Assembly (NCBI GenBank): GCA_964016885.1
Contig: OZ024760.1
Location: forward strand, 12,710,001-12,774,000
Length of the DNA stretch: 64,000 nt
Direction of reading: 5' to 3'
Source: Eledone cirrhosa
Taxonomy: Eukaryota
Below the pieces are notes generated by a model. That model ran no database searches and had not been told where the DNA came from. It saw only the letters and a list, made by a program, of their open reading frames with translations. Positions 12,383 to 26,408 of this stretch are shown piece by piece (the stretch's first letter is position 1; every line of letters begins with the position of its first letter). The position numbers and the translations under genes are program-made.

Positions 12383-12413
<31 letters not shown>

Positions 12414-12417
12414 CACA

Positions 12418-12566
<149 letters not shown>

Positions 12567-12833
12567 AAATAAGAAAAATAAAGAATACATGAAAGAAAAA
12601 TTAAAATAAAAAAAAAAAAAACGAGACAAAAATTCGAAAATCTTTGGAAGTAATTGTCGGAATATTCTAGATTTGAAGAAAACCTGAGGAAGAAACACTA
12701 AATAGAATTATAATAGAACAAAGTGGCACAGTGGTTAGGGCGTTGGGTTTAGAATCAGTTGGTCATAGGTTCAATTCTAGAACTGGCTACTATCTTCTTG
12801 TTACTGATGTTGCTGTCTTTGATATTGTTTTAA

Positions 12834-13136
12834 CCCTTTACCATTTAAACCAGCCGTATCCGGCCAGAATTTTCTCACCTCTTTCTGTTCAAACTGGTCA
12901 TAAATGGCTGCTCATAATTATGTTAAGGGATTGTTCTCAAAATAAATGTTTCTACTTTTGGCACAAGGCCAGCAATTATCACAATATGTTACTGGTACTT
13001 TATTTTAATTAACTCCGTAAGGATGAAAGGCAAAGTTAACCATGGCGGGATTTGAACTCTGACCGATCTTATGTGAGATAAAATCTTTACATCAAAAATA
13101 CAATTGCATATATAAAGTAATGTAAATGCTAAAGGG
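12834..13136. mobile_element. piggyBac-type MITE with nested SINE-B fragment
   Basis: TTAA|ccctttaccattta ... taaatgctaaaggg|TTAA, i.e. terminal inverted repeats with a TTAA target duplication. Confidence 0.8.
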
Positions 13137-13140
13137 TTAA

Positions 13141-13662
13141 AGTGTTGTGTAGGTATCACAACAAAAAGCACCCAGTCCACTCTGTAAAGTGGTTGTGTAA
13201 GAGTCAGAACAAAAAGCACCCAGTCCACACTGTAAAGTGGTTGTGTAGGAGTCACGACAAAAAGCACCCAGTCCACTCTGTAAAGTGGTTGTGTAGGTGT
13301 CACGACAAAAAGCACCCAGTCCAGACTGTAAAGTGGTTGTGTAGGTGTCACGACAAAAAGCACCCAGTCCAGACTGTAAAGTGGTTGTGTAGGTGTCACG
13401 ACAAGAAGCACCCAGTTCACACTGTAAATGGTTGAGTAGGTGTCACAACAAAAAGCACCCAGTCCACTCTGTAAAGTGGTTGTGTAGGTGTCACGACAAG
13501 AAGCACCCAGTTCACACTGTAAATGGTTGTGTAGGTGTCACAACAAAAAGCACCCAGTCCACTCTGTAAAGTGGTTGTGTAGGAGTCACGACAAAAAGCA
13601 CCCAGTCCACTCTGTAAAGTGGTTGTGTAGGTGTCACGACAAAAAGCACCCAGTCCACACTT
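13141..13662 (+). repeat. 48-bp tandem array (about 11 copies) derived from the SINE-A body
   Basis: Unit aagtggttgtgtaggtgtcacgacaaaaagcacccagtccactctgta matches SINE-A ...gccacggcaaaaaagcacccagcactcactgtaaa. Confidence 0.85.
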
Positions 13663-14045
13663 AAAGGGTGGACTGGGTTCTTTTTTTCTGGCACCAGTAC
13701 AACCACCACCTTAAATAGTGGATTGGGTGCTGTTTGGTGGTGGTGGTGGTGGTGGTGGTGGTATTAGGTGGTGTTCTGGTGGTATTGGTTGTAGTTTGGC
13801 TGGTGATAGTGGTGGTTGTGATGGCATGGTGGTTTTGATGATGTGGCAATGGTGATGGTAGTAGTAGTAGTAGTAGTAGTAGTAATAGTAGTAGTAGTAG
13901 TGGTGGTGGTGGTGGTAGCAGTAATAGCAGGTACGGTGGGAGAAAAGTAAGGAATATTTACAATATCACATCTATTTCAGATGAGAGGAGGGGGCAAATA
14001 CCTGAGATAAAACCTGATTAAAATTCAACACGGTGAGCGAGATGA

Positions 14046-15270
<1,225 letters not shown>

Positions 15271-15646
15271 CTAGAGGAATGCATAATGAGAGAAAATGAG
15301 AGCAAGAAGGTGGAATGTAGGTAAACTGGGTGAAGAGGAGGAGGAAGAGGGTGAAGAGGAGGAGGAAGAGGGTGAAGGAGAGGAGAGAGAGAGGAGGAAG
15401 AGGAGGGTGAAGAAGGGGAGGGGGGTCTGAAGGAGGATGAATGACAATTATCTTCTCATGATTGGCATTCTGTGAAATAGTAATCAGGAATATAAGGTGT
15501 AAATAACGATAGGGGGGTGTGAGGAGGGGGAGAAGGGAAGGAGAGGAGGGGGATATGAGGAGGGGGAGGAGGGAAGGTGAGGTGGAGAAAGCAAATGGAG
15601 GGAAAGGTGAGAGAATGGTAGGCCTAAATATATACATACACATGAG

Positions 15647-15681
<35 letters not shown>

Positions 15682-15690
15682 TCATGAATG

Positions 15691-15722
<32 letters not shown>

Positions 15723-15759
15723 TCATGAATGATATATATATATATATAAATGTGAATGG

Positions 15760-15790
<31 letters not shown>

Positions 15791-15798
15791 TTATGAAT

Positions 15799-15838
<40 letters not shown>

Positions 15839-16120
15839 TATATATATATATAAATGGTAATGTAGGGCAAGAGAAAGTAGGCTAGCCTTCTTATAACAGT
15901 AAAGTGATAATTGAACTACATTACTATATTATTTATATACACATATCCCCTATATCAGTATATATATATATAGATATATATATAGATATATATATAGATA
16001 TATATATATATATATATCCCATCCCACCCTTGTAAGTAGGGAAAAGCGGACATAAAATGATGATGATGATATATATATACGCACACACACGTGTATATAT
16101 ATATATATACACACACACAC

Positions 16121-16179
<59 letters not shown>

Positions 16180-16968
16180 TATATATGTCTCTATGCACAG
16201 GCATACTTCCAGCTATTCTTAAATGAAAATAAAAAGGCCATGTCAAGTGCATCTGAAAGTCAACAATAGAGAACTAGAGATAAGGGTGGGGGTGGAGTGG
16301 GTGGGGTGGGGGTGGGAGTGGGTGGGGTGGGGATGACGGGTGGCTGCAGGGACAGTGAAACAGATGTAACATACAAACACCTTTTGCTTTTTTTTTTTTT
16401 TGCTTTTACACACACATTTCAGTGACCCGGAGAAGCACCCGGTTGTACCCCGGGAGATAGGGGGAAAAACTCAGTAAGTAAAACTCACACATTGAACATA
16501 TATGATACACGAAGCGAATTTTTAAGGGCCACATTCCTTGCTAATGTATGGGCCAGTCATGCAGGCCCCCCACTACCAACTTCAAGTCTTACAATCAGCT
16601 TCAGGGCCCCCATAAGTGGCTTCATACTCCTCATGTGGTTCTTCAATTGGCCTACAATTTTGAAGGGGGCCTACTTTAATCAGTTATGTTGCTTTTAAGT
16701 ACTTCTTGAACACTGGCATGGCATTTTTATAACTATATCAAGGGTTAAATAAATGAATAAGGTTGATAAAAAGTTACCTTAGCAATTTTTGATGACCCCA
16801 AAATCTTTACCATTCATTATCAGGGGAAGTCTGTGGGGTGGGGAGTCCGGGGAGGACCCCAGAGTGGAACCTGACTCACCCCGCCCCATGATAATGGGTT
16901 AATTTTTCAAGAAATCAGAAGAGAAAGTAAAACTTGTATAGTGCATGTGTCGCGCGTGTGTGTGTTGG

Positions 16969-16999
<31 letters not shown>

Positions 17000-17272
17000 T
17001 ATATACCACCTTGACCGACCAGTCTGTTGGGAGCCAATTGGCGCCGCTGGTCACAGCACGTCGTGCTGTTTTAGCCATAAGATAACACCATCCCACTATA
17101 TATATATATATTCAGCACACATACCATTGAAATATTTTTGTTAATAATTTAAAAATTCAAAACAGTTTTTAATAAAGAAGATGATCAATATATTTTATTT
17201 CTAAAATTACTGTTACTAATTCTGGTCGGAAATAATAAGATACTATCTATTTTGGTCAATAAAATATAAGTT

Positions 17273-17321
<49 letters not shown>

Positions 17322-17346
17322 TCTCTCTCTCTCTCTCTCTCTCTCT

Positions 17347-17429
<83 letters not shown>

Positions 17430-17519
17430 AAACATATATATATATATATATACATAGTATCTATAATTACATTTATACAGTGCCTAATTATATATATATA
17501 TACACACACATGTATATGT

Positions 17520-17560
<41 letters not shown>

Positions 17561-17750
17561 CATGTATTCTATGAGAGAGAGACCATATATATATATATAT
17601 ATATACATGTACATACATGTATATCATCATCATCTTCGTTTAACGTCCATTTTCCATGCTAGCATGGGATTCATGTACATATACGTAGTGTCTATAACAT
17701 ATATATATATATACATATATATATACATATATATAAATATATATATATAT

Positions 17751-17848
<98 letters not shown>

Positions 17849-19582
17849 AAGAGAGAGAGAGAGAGAGGCCATATATATATATATATATACTGGAATATCA
17901 CCTATTAACCTGACATGTTTCTAAAGTATGTCTGTTCAAAGAAAACAGCAAGATGGGGGGGGGGGGTTAGAAGGAAAGGAAAGGTAATTGTGTGTGTGTG
18001 TGTCTATATGTATATGTGTAAGTGTGTATAGGTGTATGTGTGTGTCTACAAGCGTGTGAGTGTGAGTGTGTACATGTGTGTTAGGTGTATGTGTGTGTAT
18101 CTACAAGTGTATATGTATATATGTGAGTGTGTACATGTGTACTAGGTGTATGTGTGTGTGTGTGTGTGTGTGTGTACATGTATATGTGTATATGTGTGTG
18201 TGTGTGTCAGGGAACTAAAGGTGTGAAAGAGTCTGTCTCTTCTACCTTGCTGTCTATCTCGCTAGTGTGTGTGTATATACATATATATGTGTGTATATAT
18301 ATATATGTCTGTGTGTGTATATGTGTGTAAGAATGTTGTGGCTAGTCTGTCTGTCTGTCCCTAACTATCTGGTGTGTATGTGTGTGTGTGTATATGTGTG
18401 TGTGTGTATAAGAATGTTTCTGTAACTGTCTCTCTCTAGTGTGTGTATGTGTGTGTGTGTATTTATATGTGTGTATATATATATATGTGTGTATATATAT
18501 ATGTGTATATATATATATATATGTGTGTGTATATGTGTATATATATATGTGTGTGTGTATATGTGTAAGAATGTTGTGACTGGTCTCTGTCCCTAATTGT
18601 CTCTTGTGTATGTGTGTGTGTGTTTACATATATGTATATGTGTATATGTGTGTGTGTGTGTTTACATATATGTATATGTGTGTGTGTGTGTTTACATATA
18701 TGTATATGTATATGTGTGTGTTTACATATATGTATATGTGTATGTGTGTGTTTATATATATGTATATGTGTGTGTGTGTTTACATATATGTATATGTGTA
18801 TATGTGTGTGTGTGTTTACATATATGTATATGTGTATATGTGTGTGTGTGTTTATATATATGTATATGTGTATATGTGTGTGTGTGTTTGTATATATGTA
18901 TATGTGTATATGTGTGTGTGTGTTTATATATATGTATATGTGTATATGTGTGTGTGTGTGTTTACATATATGTATATGTGTATATGTGTGTGTGTGTGTT
19001 TACATATATGTGTATATGTGTGCTAGAATACCCTGTCTGTCTGTGAATATATACAGTATATATATATATATGTGTGTGTATGTGTGTATGTGTGTATATA
19101 TACAGTATATATATATATGTGTGTATGTGTATATATACAGTATATATATATATATATGTGTGTGTGGCTAGTCTCTCTCACACTGTACCCCCCCCCCCCC
19201 CCATCTCTCTCTCTCTCTGTCACCCCTCTCTCTCAGTCTCCCCCTCTCTCTCTCAGTCACCCCCCTCTCTCCCCCTGCCTCTCAGTCTCCCCCCCTCTCT
19301 CAGTCTCCCCCTCTCTCTCCCTCAGTCTCCCCCCATCTCTCTCTCAGTCTCTCCCTCTGTCTCCCCCCCATCTCTCTCCCTCAGTCTCCCCCTCTCTCTC
19401 TCAGTCTCCCCCTCTCTCTCCTTTCATTAGTCAACTGTGACAACAGGAGGCAGATATTTTATGATCACACAGGATGTCTTTTTATGTTAGCTATTATAGC
19501 TTATGTAGTAGTGGTAGTGGTGGTGGTAGTAGTAATAGTAGTAGTAGTAGTAGTAGTAATAGTAGTAGTAATAGTAGTAGTG

Positions 19583-19618
<36 letters not shown>

Positions 19619-19732
19619 ATGGTAGTAGTAGTAGTAATGGTAGTAGTAGTAGTAGTAGTAATGGTAGTAGTAGTGGTGGTAGTAGTAGTGGTGGTGGTGG
19701 TAGTAGTGGTAGTAGTAGTAGTAGTAGTAATG

Positions 19733-19764
<32 letters not shown>

Positions 19765-19853
19765 GGTGGTAGTAGTAGTGTATCAGAAAACAAAAGAGAA
19801 GGAAAATAGACATATTTCTGTCTCATCTGTCCCCTCCCTCCACCACCGCCACC

Positions 19854-19884
<31 letters not shown>

Positions 19885-20214
19885 CTACTGCCACCACCAC
19901 CACTACCGCCGCCACCACCACCACCACCACCACCACCGCCACTACTGCCACCACCACCACCATCACACCTGTTTACATAAGATGAGCCAATAAAGGAGGA
20001 GACTTTGGTTAACTCCCCACACCACCACCACCACCTTCCCACCACCTCCTTCACACCACCACCACCTCCCCACCACATCACCACCACCTATCCTGCTACG
20101 CTCCTCCGACATAGTTACGGCCCTTTACGTTCTGGGTTCAAATCCCACAAAGGGTTAGCTTTGCCTTTCATCCTTACAGGAGTCAATAAAAAAAAGTACC
20201 AGTAACACAATGGG

Positions 20215-20990
20215 GTTCGTTTTAATTCTACGTGAACTTTCAACTTCCTGTAATGATTCAGCAGAAAATATCTAAAAGAGGGATTTTGTTCATTGAAATG
20301 TTTATAGTGTCTTTATTAGTGGAGAGATTACAGTGAAAGATTTACAACAAAATAAAGTAAAGACTTTAATTTTTAATTGTTTCTACTTTAGGCACAAGGC
20401 CAGCAATTATCCAGTGCATTACTGGTACTTTATTTTATTGACCCCGTAAGGATGAAAGGCAAAGTCAACCTCGGCGGGATTTGAACTCAGATCGTAAAGG
20501 GACGTAACTATGCTGGAAAGCATGGCGTCTGACCCTCTACCGATACTGCCAATCCACCGCCCTAGTAAAGACTTTAATTTTTAATGTGTTGCTGTCATAG
20601 AATTGTTTTATACTTATGAAAAATGTTTTGCTAATGTGGTTTCATGTGATACAGGATATTAACACTTAACTAGTCATAATTCAGCAGGAAATATCTAAAA
20701 ACAGATTTGTTCCGTCAAATATTTATAATATCTTTATTAACAGACAGATCACTGTGAAAATAGGAATAAAATAAGGACTAAATTTTGAAAAATGTTCTGC
20801 TGTGGTTTCATGTGGTACAGGATGTTAACTCTTAACATCTAGTAATGATTCAGCAGGAAATAAAAACAGATTTGTTCCTTCAAATGTTTATAGTATCTTT
20901 ATTAGTGGACAGATTACTGTGAAAATTTGCAGTGAATTAAAGACTAAATTTTGAAAGTTTCACTTGGTTTCATTAACCTATAACATATTG
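20215..20990. repeat. Diverged about 170-bp repeat family, tandem copies
   Basis: Recurring gattcagcaggaaatatctaaaa...tatctttatta...gattactgtgaaa. Reverse copies at about 33770-34320 and 41660-41830. Confidence 0.65.
20378..20563 (-). mobile_element. SINE family B, full length with 22-bp target-site duplication
   Basis: AGTAAAGACTTTAATTTTTAAT at 20356-20377 and 20564-20585. Confidence 0.9.
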
Positions 20991-21562
20991 CCAAGATTGG
21001 GTAAAACTGCCAATCAATATATTTAGAATTCCAGGTAAACATTGGCTATTTATTACAGGTAAGATGAAGTAAAATACAATTGATTGATTATATCAGCTTG
21101 CATTCTAGCCCCCGCCCCCCCCCCCTTCTATCTCTATCTATCTATCTGTCTATCTCTCTCTCGATCTATCTATCTTTGTATCTGTATATCTATATCTCTA
21201 TCTCTTTCTCTCTCTCTGACACTATCTTTCTCTCTCTCTCTATCTCACTAACACTATCACTATCTCTCTTTCGCTATCAATCTCTCTCAGACACTAACAC
21301 TACCTCTCTCTCTCTCTCTGATACTATCACTCTCTCTCTCTCTCTCTGTGTTATCAGTCAGTAACCTCTAATATTTATCATACCCTGTTTTGATATTGAG
21401 AACAATGTCCTTGCTTTCAAATCATTATCTCTATATACATAGATATGGATGGATGAATATATATATGTGTGTGTGTGTTGTATATATGTATATACAGATA
21501 TATATATATATATATACACATTCATACATATCTATGTGTGTGTGTGTATGTATATATATAGC

Positions 21563-22005
21563 TACATCCGCGTTCTGAGCGAGGTAGTAAAGCCCTGGAT
21601 TGACCAGGTAGCTGCAGGTAGGCCGTACGTGTGGCAGCAAGACTCAGCGCCCTGCCATACCAGCCGAAAGACCCAAGCCTGGCTGTCAGAGAACTTCGTC
21701 GACCACACTTCACCCGACATCTGGCCTCCCAGCTCGCCTGACTGCAACCCCCTCGACTTCTTTGTGTGGGGCGCAGTGGAATGAGACACCAACAGATCTA
21801 GCTGCAATACGAAAGACGATCTGAAGGCCAGGATCACAAGTGCCTTTAGGGGCCCTAAGTCAGGGGACAGTAACGAAGGCCTGGAGCTGGTTCCGAGGCC
21901 GCCATCAAAGCCAATAGCGGGTTTATCGAATGGGATCGAAAGAACAAGTCATGAAGACAAACTGACCCAAGTTTTTTTTTCCTAGAAAATACCGTCCACA
22001 CCCTG
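21563..22005 (+). mobile_element. Tc1/mariner superfamily DD37D (maT) transposon 3' remnant
   Basis: WQQDSAPCH...WPPSSPDCNPLDF with 37 residues between the last two catalytic Asp. Stop after GAVE. TIR ...cacaccctg followed by TA. Confidence 0.88.
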
Positions 22006-22382
22006 TATATATATATATATAAAGACATACATACACACACATGGATATATATATACACATGTATATACTCATGCATATATACATATTTACACACACACAT
22101 ACATATACACACACACAGACACACAAACAGAAAGAGAGCTACAGAGAATAAGTGTGAAAACCAGATTAAAGTCAGTTTGACATTGTTGAGGAGGAAATCT
22201 TTAGAGTAAACTATAACAGAAAAAACCTCATGTCAAATGAGGAAATCACTTTTTCTCTATTTCCAAATTAAGTAGATTATATATATATGTGTGTGTCTAT
22301 GTATGTTTTATATATATATAATATATAAATATATATAATGTGTGTATATGTGTACGTATATATATGTGTGTGTATGTATTTG

Positions 22383-22414
<32 letters not shown>

Positions 22415-22574
22415 GTAATAATGGTTTTCTTTATTGTTGTTTCAACTGCATTTCTGATATCTATAATATAGAAAAAAACTTATCTCAACATTTTCTTTTT
22501 AATCATCACAATCACCCCCCCCCCCCCCAGCCCCCACCACTATAACCTCCACCACCACCACAAATAGACAATAG

Positions 22575-22629
<55 letters not shown>

Positions 22630-22696
22630 AAACACTGTCAAATGTTATTTGTCACTGTACTGAAAATCTCAATAAACGATAGCTATATATAATAAC

Positions 22697-22789
22697 TGTT
22701 TCTATATTTGGCACAAGGCCAGCAATTACCCAGTGTATTACTGGTACTTTATTTTATCAACCCCGTAAGGATGATAGGCAAAGTCAACC
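22697..22789 (-). mobile_element. 5'-truncated SINE-B with 17-bp TSD
   Basis: TAGCTATATATAATAAC at 22680-22696 and 22790-22806. Confidence 0.85.
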
Positions 22790-23078
22790 TAGCTATATAT
22801 AATAACACTTATAAGCAAAAGGGATATTCAATTTGTTGGTAATTCAACAAATATAAATGTTTATAACTGATTCAGAGCACTCAACAAGTTTTCTGGAGTA
22901 TAATATTCAATGAATTTAAATAAATGGAAACTATATTTATAAAACCATATTTATTCTATTATAGATATTTCAAGGGTACCAAAATTTTGGTACGCTATCA
23001 TCAGATAACATACGAAGTGTGTTTTATAAATTTTGACATCTTAAATATATTTTCCGTGCTATTACCAATTTCACCTTT

Positions 23079-23118
<40 letters not shown>

Positions 23119-23220
23119 AGTATTGAAGTTTCCGTTGAAAATTGAAAAAGTCATAGGAGTGAAGAGTGCTCTATGTAAGTACCAGAGCAAAATTTAATGT
23201 ATAATAAACAATACAATATA

Positions 23221-23296
23221 ATTACCTCATTACCAGAGGTTTCCCGAATAAGACGAATACGAAAGAAACGTCCTCATTCGTTCGTCGGACGAGGCA

Positions 23297-23298
<2 letters not shown>
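23221..23298 (-). ncRNA. Type I hammerhead ribozyme (U4C core variant)
   Basis: attgcctcgt-CCGACGA-acgaatgaggacg...cgtcttattcgg-GAAA-cctctgg-TA-atgaggtaat. Confidence 0.78.
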
Positions 23299-23335
<37 letters not shown>

Positions 23336-23551
23336 GATATATATATTATTATTATTGTTGTTATTTTGTTGTACATATTTCCTGATACAGTTAGGATAAT
23401 GCACCCATATGATATAATTGTTAACTGGTAATCTCTAGTTTTTCCACAAATGGATGTGATGTTGTAGCCACATTGAAACGATAGTAGAGATGTAGAAATA
23501 AATAATAAGATCCTATCCTTGGCTTCCTTAAAACTTTGAATAAATATATAT

Positions 23552-23890
23552 ATTCATTTCATTTCATTTTACGTTTGCTTTTTCCCTGCTTGCAAGGGTG
23601 GGACGGGAACTGATTCTGGCTTGATTTCTACAGCTGGATGCCCTTCCTAACGCCAACCTCATTTACAGTGAGTGCTGGGTGCTTTTTTGCCGTGGCACCT
23701 CCACGACCACTTTGCAGTGGAATGATAGGGACCCCAGTCCCTATCATCTCATTTCTACAGCTGAGTAAACTGGAGCAATGTGAAATAAAGTGTCTTGCTC
23801 AAGGAAACAACACATCACAAGGTCTGAGAATTGAACTCACAACCTTTCAATTGCAAGGCCAATGCTCTAACCACTAAGCCATGTGCCTCC
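23552..23890 (-). mobile_element. SINE family A, full length
   Basis: Reverse complement of the 8205/48036 copies. TA-flanked. Confidence 0.88.
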
Positions 23891-24417
23891 ATATATATAT
23901 ATACTGTAATATTTGGGGAGGGTCATATTGTTATATTGCCAGAAATAATAACAGGACACACTTTAATGTGGTCTACCTTTCATGGTAGGGTCCATACCTA
24001 TATATTATCAAACCTATATATATGTGTGATAGTATCCTGTTCTCTAAATTTTATAGATCAGTCAATATATCAATATGATCAACCCTCCGAAACGATCGTC
24101 AAACAATGATATGAATAGGTAAAATAACTTGCCTTCATTATCACTATCATTGTTAAATTAATATCTAATATATATATATATATATATATTATATATAACA
24201 ATGATAGTGAGTAAAATCGAAGTTGCAGCTACAGCTAGCATCCCTCAAAAGAACAATCCTTACAAGCTGGCACGAAGCACTCAATGAGATGATATTGATA
24301 AATCAATAAGTTAAATCTCAGAGTAATAAACATACGTTAAAGGCGTGACAAATTGAAAACTGTGGCTAGGTAAAAGAATGCCACAGAATCCACTACAACA
24401 ACGAAAATACAAACAGG

Positions 24418-24472
<55 letters not shown>

Positions 24473-24474
<2 letters not shown>

Positions 24475-24596
24475 CGGAGGAAGTGTGGTAAGGAACCAGG
24501 TGGACCATAATGCACCAAAGTACTCAATACTTAGGGTAGTAGTCCAGAATTAGCCGTCGAAACGCCTTGAGCTCAGCCGTCGGGGTCCTACTCGTT

Positions 24597-24600
<4 letters not shown>
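24473..24600. mobile_element. Collapsed copy of the half-hammerhead fold-back family
   Basis: Tail in minus orientation joined to a plus arm GAAA-cg..ccg-TC-ggggtcc. Same family as 38444, 43491, 50015 and 50544. Confidence 0.75.
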
Positions 24601-24644
<44 letters not shown>

Positions 24645-25193
24645 CTCAAAAGTGGTTGTAATTTGTAAACCCTTCAGAATTTGCTATTCAATAATATAAG
24701 AAAAAGATTTTCTTTAAATAGTTCTAACATTTTGTTATCACTTGATGTTCATTTAGAGTTAAATTGAAACTGGTTGCAGGTTATAGATGATATACTTAAG
24801 TCATCAAAGAAGAAAGCCTTCCAACTGATACACTTTAGAAAAGCATCTGTTTTCTGTAGTTTCCCTGTTTGTGGTAGTACAGCCATACGTTTATTGTAGG
24901 CATGCTCATGTTCTGTCGGGGTATGTGTGTATATGTGTATGTGTGTTTGTGTGTGTGTATGTATACATATATGATGATGATGGTGGTGGTGGTGAATACA
25001 TATATAGGTATATACACAAAACCACACAGACATATATATATATATTTCTAATTTTACATTCTTCTGCTGAAGGATATTTCAAGCGTTAAACTAATATATT
25101 CCTTCCACATACATACATATATTATTTAATTAAATAGCTCTGTACTATATACAGAGCACTCTTCTGTCCTTTACCTTTTTTACGGAAGTACTT

Positions 25194-25238
<45 letters not shown>

Positions 25239-25370
25239 TATATAATTGCACAGGACCCTCGCCTGTCTACGTGGGAGATCAGTGACTCCGCTTCAATACT
25301 GACTTGGTCTATATAGACCCGGCCAACTCTTGCTAGCGGGGAATATGGACATTAAAACAATGATGATGAC

Positions 25371-25415
<45 letters not shown>

Positions 25416-26362
25416 AACACACTCCTTTCCAATAAATCATTAAAAGAAAGGAAAGAAAGAAAGAAAGAAACAAACAAAGAAACAAAGAAACAAAAGATAA
25501 AATGAAAAATAAAAAAAAAAAAAACCTAAAATAATCTAAAGACATTTTAGATAATTTGCATTCTTAAATATTTCAGAAAAAGAAAAAGAGAAGATGAGTA
25601 AATGTGAACTTGAATTTAACTAAAAATGTTGACATTAACACAATTATGTGATTAGCATTGACTGGTTGTAACTATGGAAGGAAAGAAACACAACAAAAAA
25701 ACAACTATGTAATCACAAAAGTATGGAAGGATGGAAGGAGAGAAAGAATCTAAACAGTTTCTGTTATAAAAACACCCCGCTATTTATTCCCAAAAATCGG
25801 CGGCGGCGGGGGCGGGGTGGGGTGGGGGCGGGGGGTTGACTGCAGACAAACTGCTTTGCAGCATCTACTCAAGTTCTTTACATTCTCAGTTCAAATCCAA
25901 CCAGAATTAAACTTTGCTTTTTTTTTTTTCACCCTCCCAGGGTTGATAAAATAAAATACCAGTCAAGTACTGGGGGTTGATTTAATCAACTTTGTGCCCA
26001 CCCCTAAAATTGCTGGCCTTGTGCTTAAAGCAGAAACAATTGTTATTACTATTGGCAACATCGGTAGAGCATCAGACACCATGATTTTCAGCATAGAGTA
26101 ACGGCCCTTTACGTTCTGATTTCAAATGTTGACGAGGTTGGCTTTGCCTTACATCTTTATGGGGGGTCGATAAAATAAAGTACCAGTAATACACTGGGCA
26201 ATTGCTGGCCTTGTGCCAAAAATAGAAACAATTATTATTATTATTACTATTATCTTAATGTTTTCGAAATACTTGGTTAGATTTCTTGTTTGCACGAAAG
26301 TCCTATTATGAGTGATTCTACAATCTGATGAAAAGAATATAACGGCTTCCCTGGAATAAATG

Positions 26363-26408
<46 letters not shown>

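Noticed and set aside
16284-16345. G-quadruplex-forming (GGGGT)n tracts (also about 25800 and 31590)
   Set aside because: Ordinary simple repeats with no evidence of function.
19474-20087. Poly-Ser/Val/His/Gly ORFs
   Set aside because: (TAG/TGG)n and (CAC)n trinucleotide repeats
23373-23496. Possible long-stem-II hammerhead (ctgatac...GAAAcgatagTA), and CTGATGA near 26324
   Set aside because: The core is mutated or lacks a properly placed GAAA, and the stems are unconvincing.
23638-23877. Recurrent 79-aa ORF MPFLTPTSFTVSAG... (also 38755 and 48049)
   Set aside because: It is the antisense reading of SINE-A, and recurs because the SINE does.
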